A program made the position numbers and the translations under genes. A stretch of DNA of 64,000 nucleotides from Antedon mediterranea (Eukaryota; Animalia; Echinodermata): NCBI RefSeq assembly GCF_964355755.1, contig NC_092671.1, positions 26,548,070 through 26,612,069 on the forward strand, written 5' to 3'. Numbering within the stretch: the first letter of the stretch is position 1; each line of letters begins with the position of its first letter. The notes beneath the pieces were generated by a model, which was not told the DNA's origin, searched no databases, and worked only from the letters and a program-made list of their open reading frames with translations. Shown here one piece after another: positions 59,001-64,000 of this stretch.

Positions 59001-62000
59001 TGGTAATCTTTCTTAATCTGTCTTACCTTGTTCCATTCGATCTGTCTTCATTTTCTCAATCGCCATTCTTGTGTTGTCAATTTCTTGTTTTGTAAGGTTT
59101 ATCATCTTAGCAAGCTCACGGCACTCTTTCTTCTTGGTACCAAGAATGTCTAATAAAGAAAATAATAAATTGACATACAAAATATATAAACAAAGAAAAA
59201 CAAGACAGTAATATAACAGAAACATATATCCCGCTCTTTTAAGAAGTATCCTTCAATTCAAGGAAAGATGTGTTTTCTATTTTTATCTATATACCTTTAT
59301 TTTCCACAAGTATCCTGTTTATCTCGGAACCTTTCTCTTGTTTAAAGTCTTCAAAAGCCACAGTCCGTGGTGGAGGTGTGTTGGGCCTAGGCTGGGGAGC
59401 TGTCTCGGATCCTGGATGCATTGAATCATTAGCTGAGCTGGAGTCTACTCTTGTGTTTGAGTCGCGTGTCTCAACAGCCACTCTTGGAGGAGTAGATCGC
59501 TCTGTTTGCTGTGTACTGGGGGCCGGACTTACACCTTTGCTGGGCAGTGGGCTAAAAAAACAAAAACTCAATCATGAAGTGGTCTTTAGGCCCTAATAGT
59601 AATTATCAGTCAAATACAGTTTAAAATGAGTTGGTAGGCAAATATGGTGGATTTAGACTGCCAAAACTAAGATTTTGACAACTCAAAGTATCAAACCTGT
59701 GACTGCTGCTGTTGCAGTAAAGGCCTACAGTTATAGGAATGTAATTGAACATGTTTATACAATACTATACCTGGCTCTTTCTTTTGCCTTCTTGCTTCTT
59801 GCTCTCTTTGTGGCTGAAACAACAGCCGAGTGTGTTGGTTTTGTAGGTGAGGGGGCAATACCAATGCCAAAATTCTGATTGTCTGGTTCACCTACATATG
59901 TTGCATTGCCTTCTTCATCGAACACAACACCAGCCTATAAGAATGACAAATATCATAAAATTTAAAGCATCAATCTAAAAATCTGAAAACTGGCTATTGA
60001 ATATTTACACCCAAGTGAAAAGCTGATAAGTTTTTAACGTTCTACAATATTTGGCAGGAGGTACAGTTAACATGGATTGAAAAAACATAGAATTAAAATT
60101 TTTAAGCTTTGATCCCACTTGGATGCAATAAAATGAAGTAGGCACAGCGAAAGTGAGTTGATAAAAACAACCAACAGTTAGGCTGATGCATCGTGATGGT
60201 CAAATTACTTGCAGTGCACTTACGTTCTTGTTTTGCATGCAATTGGGAATACAACTTTACCTTTTGAGCAGCAGCAATGGAGTTGGGATCTGTCTTGTCA
60301 ATCAATGTGTATTTTACTCTGAGCCTTCCTTCTACCTCGGACTCCATCTGGTTCACAAAGGTTTTAAATGCTCCAAACACACTTTGAATCTGACGAATAT
60401 TGATCACATCAATCTCTTCCAAGGACCCATCTAAATACCTTCGAACTTGATTCTGTATTTCATGCTGCTGTGAGTCTGACAGGGGCTCATAAGTCACTTG
60501 GCCTCTGTTTGCCTGTGGAAGATGTGTATTGATCAAGTTATTTTAATAAGAATTAATATTGCTCTTTGACATAATGAGTACAGTTGTTTAGGTTTAGACA
60601 AAGTCTTGACTGTTACAGTGTATTAGTAATCTTGTATAATGTGGCACTCATACCAGTGTGTCATGCATTGCCAATTCATGCTTCAAATGTTTAATCTCCT
60701 TCTCAAGCTTCTTAACCAAGAGAACAGGGTCATAAAACTCGTTAATAGCAGGCTCGTTGGCAACACACATCATCCTAGTTGCAAAACGCAAGGTTGATAC
60801 TGTCTCTTCAATCTGCTCTTTCTCTGCCCACACATTAGCAATCATTATTGTGTTGCAGTTACCACCTGAAAAACAATTTAGGAAGTAAGAAACTGGTCTA
60901 AACTGAGTTTAAACATTAAGAAAGCTAGTCCTCTCATTGCACACCATATCTATGGTATGTGTCGTCCACAGCTGCCTGTGCGCAATTCAGGCCAGTAGTC
61001 TGCAAGTCACAGGCTATTCCCTATCTACATTTGCAAACGTATTAATATATGTCTGCATCAAGATAATATGTATATTCATCAAGCTTAAGTTAGTGCATGC
61101 TTCATTTACTCTCTATTCATAGTTAAGCTTAGTTACATTTTTTTTTCACATTATTGATTGTCTCCATCCCCGAAACCTCGACTAAGAAATACCGGAATGG
61201 TGTCCGGCGGGGGATAGTTTATTAACATTAGTTAAGGTCTAATGTAAAGCACCTAGAGGGGTCAGTGATCCATTAGGCGCTATATAAATACTGTTTATTA
61301 TTATTATTTATCAACGTAACAACCCCACCAACATACCTATTGAGTCCTTCAAAGCATGAGTTAATTTAGTTTGGCGATATGGAATATGCTCCCTTCTTTT
61401 GTCTGTCAAAGCTATGATTGTCTGTTCCAGGAATGTTAATGACTTGTTGATGTACATGGCTTCTTGTTGTGTCTTGCCTGCAGACTGTAATTACAAATTA
61501 TTTTGAATACATTAATAATGAATAGCCATTGATTGGTTAATTATGTATCACATGGATATTATTACTATACTATTTGTTTTTAAATCGGAGCGCTTGCCTA
61601 GCTTACGACATTGATTCAAGATGAAAGCAGCAGATTAATTGACTAAAATTTTACTTTAGAACAGTCGGTGTTTTAAAGTACAAAGTATTTCAATCGTTGG
61701 AAAACTGACTGTTCTATTTAACTTTGAGAGACGGAAGCATCACTCATAAATGTTGCTAGCTCACCCCTGTTTTGCTGAGTCTCTCAGATCCAGCTAGATC
61801 AACAAGATTAAGTTTGCTTTTCATGTACTTAGCTGATGAATCTGTACGTGACCGAGACTCAATGTGAATTGTGAAGATACAATGTGACCGTGAGGATGCC
61901 TGATTCAGTGAGTGTGCTGCAATTGCCCGATTAGTTTCACCCTAAAAAACAAGAACAACATTAAATAAAATATTGTTTGTGGAACATCTACAAAAAATAT

Positions 62001-62839
62001 TAATACAGAAGAAGCATCTTTTAGAGACAACTCATACTTCTTCTATTAAGGGGAAATGTTCTTGTGAAATGAACAAATGAAATATACAGAGGACACCCCT
62101 AGAGAAAATTATTGGGTGATGAAGATGTCCCCTTAAATAGGAGTCAATGTTACTGACTAAGGTCTATGTGGCCTTGGTTGTTTTTAGGAACATCAAACAT
62201 TCTAATGATAGAATCCTTACCTCAAATAAGAGATTGAGAGCTTCTTCCTCATTGTGGGCAAGATGATGGGTCAGACCTTTGATATTGATTCCAAACTCAT
62301 CTTCTGTAATGGTCATTTGTGGCCCGTACTGGATAGCATCTGGTAGCGTTGAAAGTAAATCAAACATCATCTCATTGTAGATTTCAAGATAAGATATTCT
62401 GACGGTGACCGCATTGTCTTGACGCTCTTCAATTTCACGATAAACCTACAAAATATAAACATAAACAAGCATACTTTTAAGATCTCTAAGATCTCTTACA
62501 CTTACAGTACGTTGCCTTTAAATATTTATATTATATCCATATCAATAAACTCTCTTGAAAGAGAACTCTTTGAAACTTTCTCAAACAATAATGGTCCCAA
62601 TTTTTGTCTTACTGCATAACTAAAAGAATTCTTTACACCAGACTTTCTGAATATTTTGTGCTACCTGAAAAGGTGTCTACTTTTGGGATAGTTTACTGTA
62701 TAATCACAACTTTGCAGTATTCTGATTCTCACCTGTGCCAGTGCTCTTGGTATCAGGCCTCGATGTCTGAAGTTCTCTGTGGCACCTGTCATTGTAAATG
62801 TTTTTCCAGCACCAGTTTGTCCATAACAAAGCAAGGTAC
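56050..62839 (-). CDS. KIF9: Kinesin-like protein KIF9 (kinesin-9 family), first exons beyond the window
   Basis: Exons (minus): 62839-62733, 62445-62221, 61941-61765, 61484-61337, 60865-60654, 60512-60261, 59934-59771, 59551-59295, 59149-59027, 58700-58521, 57190-57084, 56522-56418, 56169-56050 (TGA). Motor motifs: P-loop [45 protein letters not shown]9-type segments: [16 protein letters not shown] and [21 protein letters not shown]. Confidence 0.93.
57357..58289. mobile_element. Non-autonomous DNA element with TAG..CTA ends and 9-bp TSD (AcademH-like)
   Basis: Perfect 9-bp direct repeat GCATGGCAG at 57348-57356 and 58290-58298, short imperfect TIR TAGTCT / AGTCTA, CpG-rich interior. Confidence 0.7.
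61168..61310 (+). mobile_element. SINE/L2-type 3' tail fragment
   Basis: TGTAAAGCACCTAGAG..GGCGCTATATAAATA..(TTA)n resembles L2-derived SINE tails. Confidence 0.5.
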
Positions 62840-64000
62840 CTACAGACAAATTGGAAAGTTAATGATTGATGGTGATTTGCAGGGATTTAATTTTAGATTA
62901 CTTTCCTAGAGCCAAAATAAAAATTAAAAAAAGGAAACAAAAGTCTCTCTAATTTACTGCACATTTAGTCCAGCAAAAGTACATTAAAAAACAAAATAAC
63001 ATTCTGTAGCAATTTCCAAGGCACTATGGAAAATACTTAGAATAAGGAAAAAAAATAAAGTGACATTTAAGCATTAGATAGCTCCTAGCTAATGGTAATT
63101 GTTAAGATCACGGAAACCTAGCAGCGGATAACCTAATGACAATTACGATGATAGTGATTATTACTGTACGTGCCTAAACACATCATATAAGTACCCAGGT
63201 ATATCATTCCAAACAAACTCACTTTCATTCATTAATTTAAATACGGTAATCCAAAAATTTGTTTTATGAGTTTTGTTTTTCCTGTATAACTTTATTTTTG
63301 CAAATTGATCTTGTCAAAATTGTACAAATAAGATACATACAATTACATAATATATTTTGAAATCAACCGGTTCATACACTTGGGATATAAAAAAGTTGAA
63401 TTACATCACAATTGTTGGTTAGGCAACGCAAATTTAGGTTATTCAAATATTAACTACTTAATAATTAATCTGAGATATATTTCTCCCACTAAAAGTCAAT
63501 TAGTGTTTGACATCAATATTCTTTATAATGGAAAAGAAATGAAGCAAACAATTGGTTCTTGAAGTAACTGTAACACCTTCATTGTTTCATTTGTCTTTTT
63601 TCACTCCTTTGTAAAAAGTAACTATTTGCAATAAGCTTCGAAATTGATTAGATTATATATAGATGGAATCAATAATTTCATAGCAAATAATTAGAACAGC
63701 ACACTATAGTCAGAAACTCTGCTATAGTGAAATGATTTCATAAAACGCCCAAGTTTATTCTTGCCATTTGATTGGTTAATTTTGTATTGCATGCAGTCCG
63801 GGATATATAATGCAACATTTATATAGTGCTATTTCATGAAGATCAGAGCGCTTTGGACTTGGATGTTACACCTTTTCAACAACATTATTCTCCCCTAAGG
63901 GTCCCATTGTGTCACCGGCAGTCAACTACGGCGCCATTACCTTTGTCCACAACAGTGGCTCAGTGTGAACTAGTACACTGGGGTAACACCCTACTTGTCT

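Noticed and set aside
63890-64000. Possible SINE fragment at the window edge
   Set aside because: Truncated, with only a short motif resemblance.

Overview
AT-rich, intron-rich animal genomic DNA, probably an invertebrate deuterostome such as an echinoderm (inferred from Deu-domain SINEs and the transposon spectrum). I reconstructed four protein-coding genes by hand from GT-AG exon chains. (1) Supervillin (+, 3445-38700, 5' partial): 24 core exons plus one or two candidate cassette exons, ending in a villin headpiece. (2) A Shiftless/RyDEN (SHFL, C19orf66) homolog (-, 52003-43765). (3) A three-exon, 96-aa gene missing from the ORF track (+, 52467-53463), head-to-head with SHFL across ~460 bp. 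(4) Kinesin KIF9 (-, 62839-56050, 5' partial). SHFL intron 1 holds a decayed 2.57-kb Transib (RAG1-related) transposon. It has a perfect 5-bp TSD, and both ends read CACAGTG + 23 nt + CCAAAAGTC, like a 23-RSS. It sits inside a Harbinger-type MITE that also carries a second MITE. Introns contain many non-autonomous DNA elements with intact TIRs/TSDs (hAT-, Kolobok-, Harbinger-, IS3EU- and AcademH-like), Helitron-type ends, SINEs and minisatellites. No rRNA, tRNA or CRISPR features were seen. All homology calls come from recalled family motifs, not database searches.
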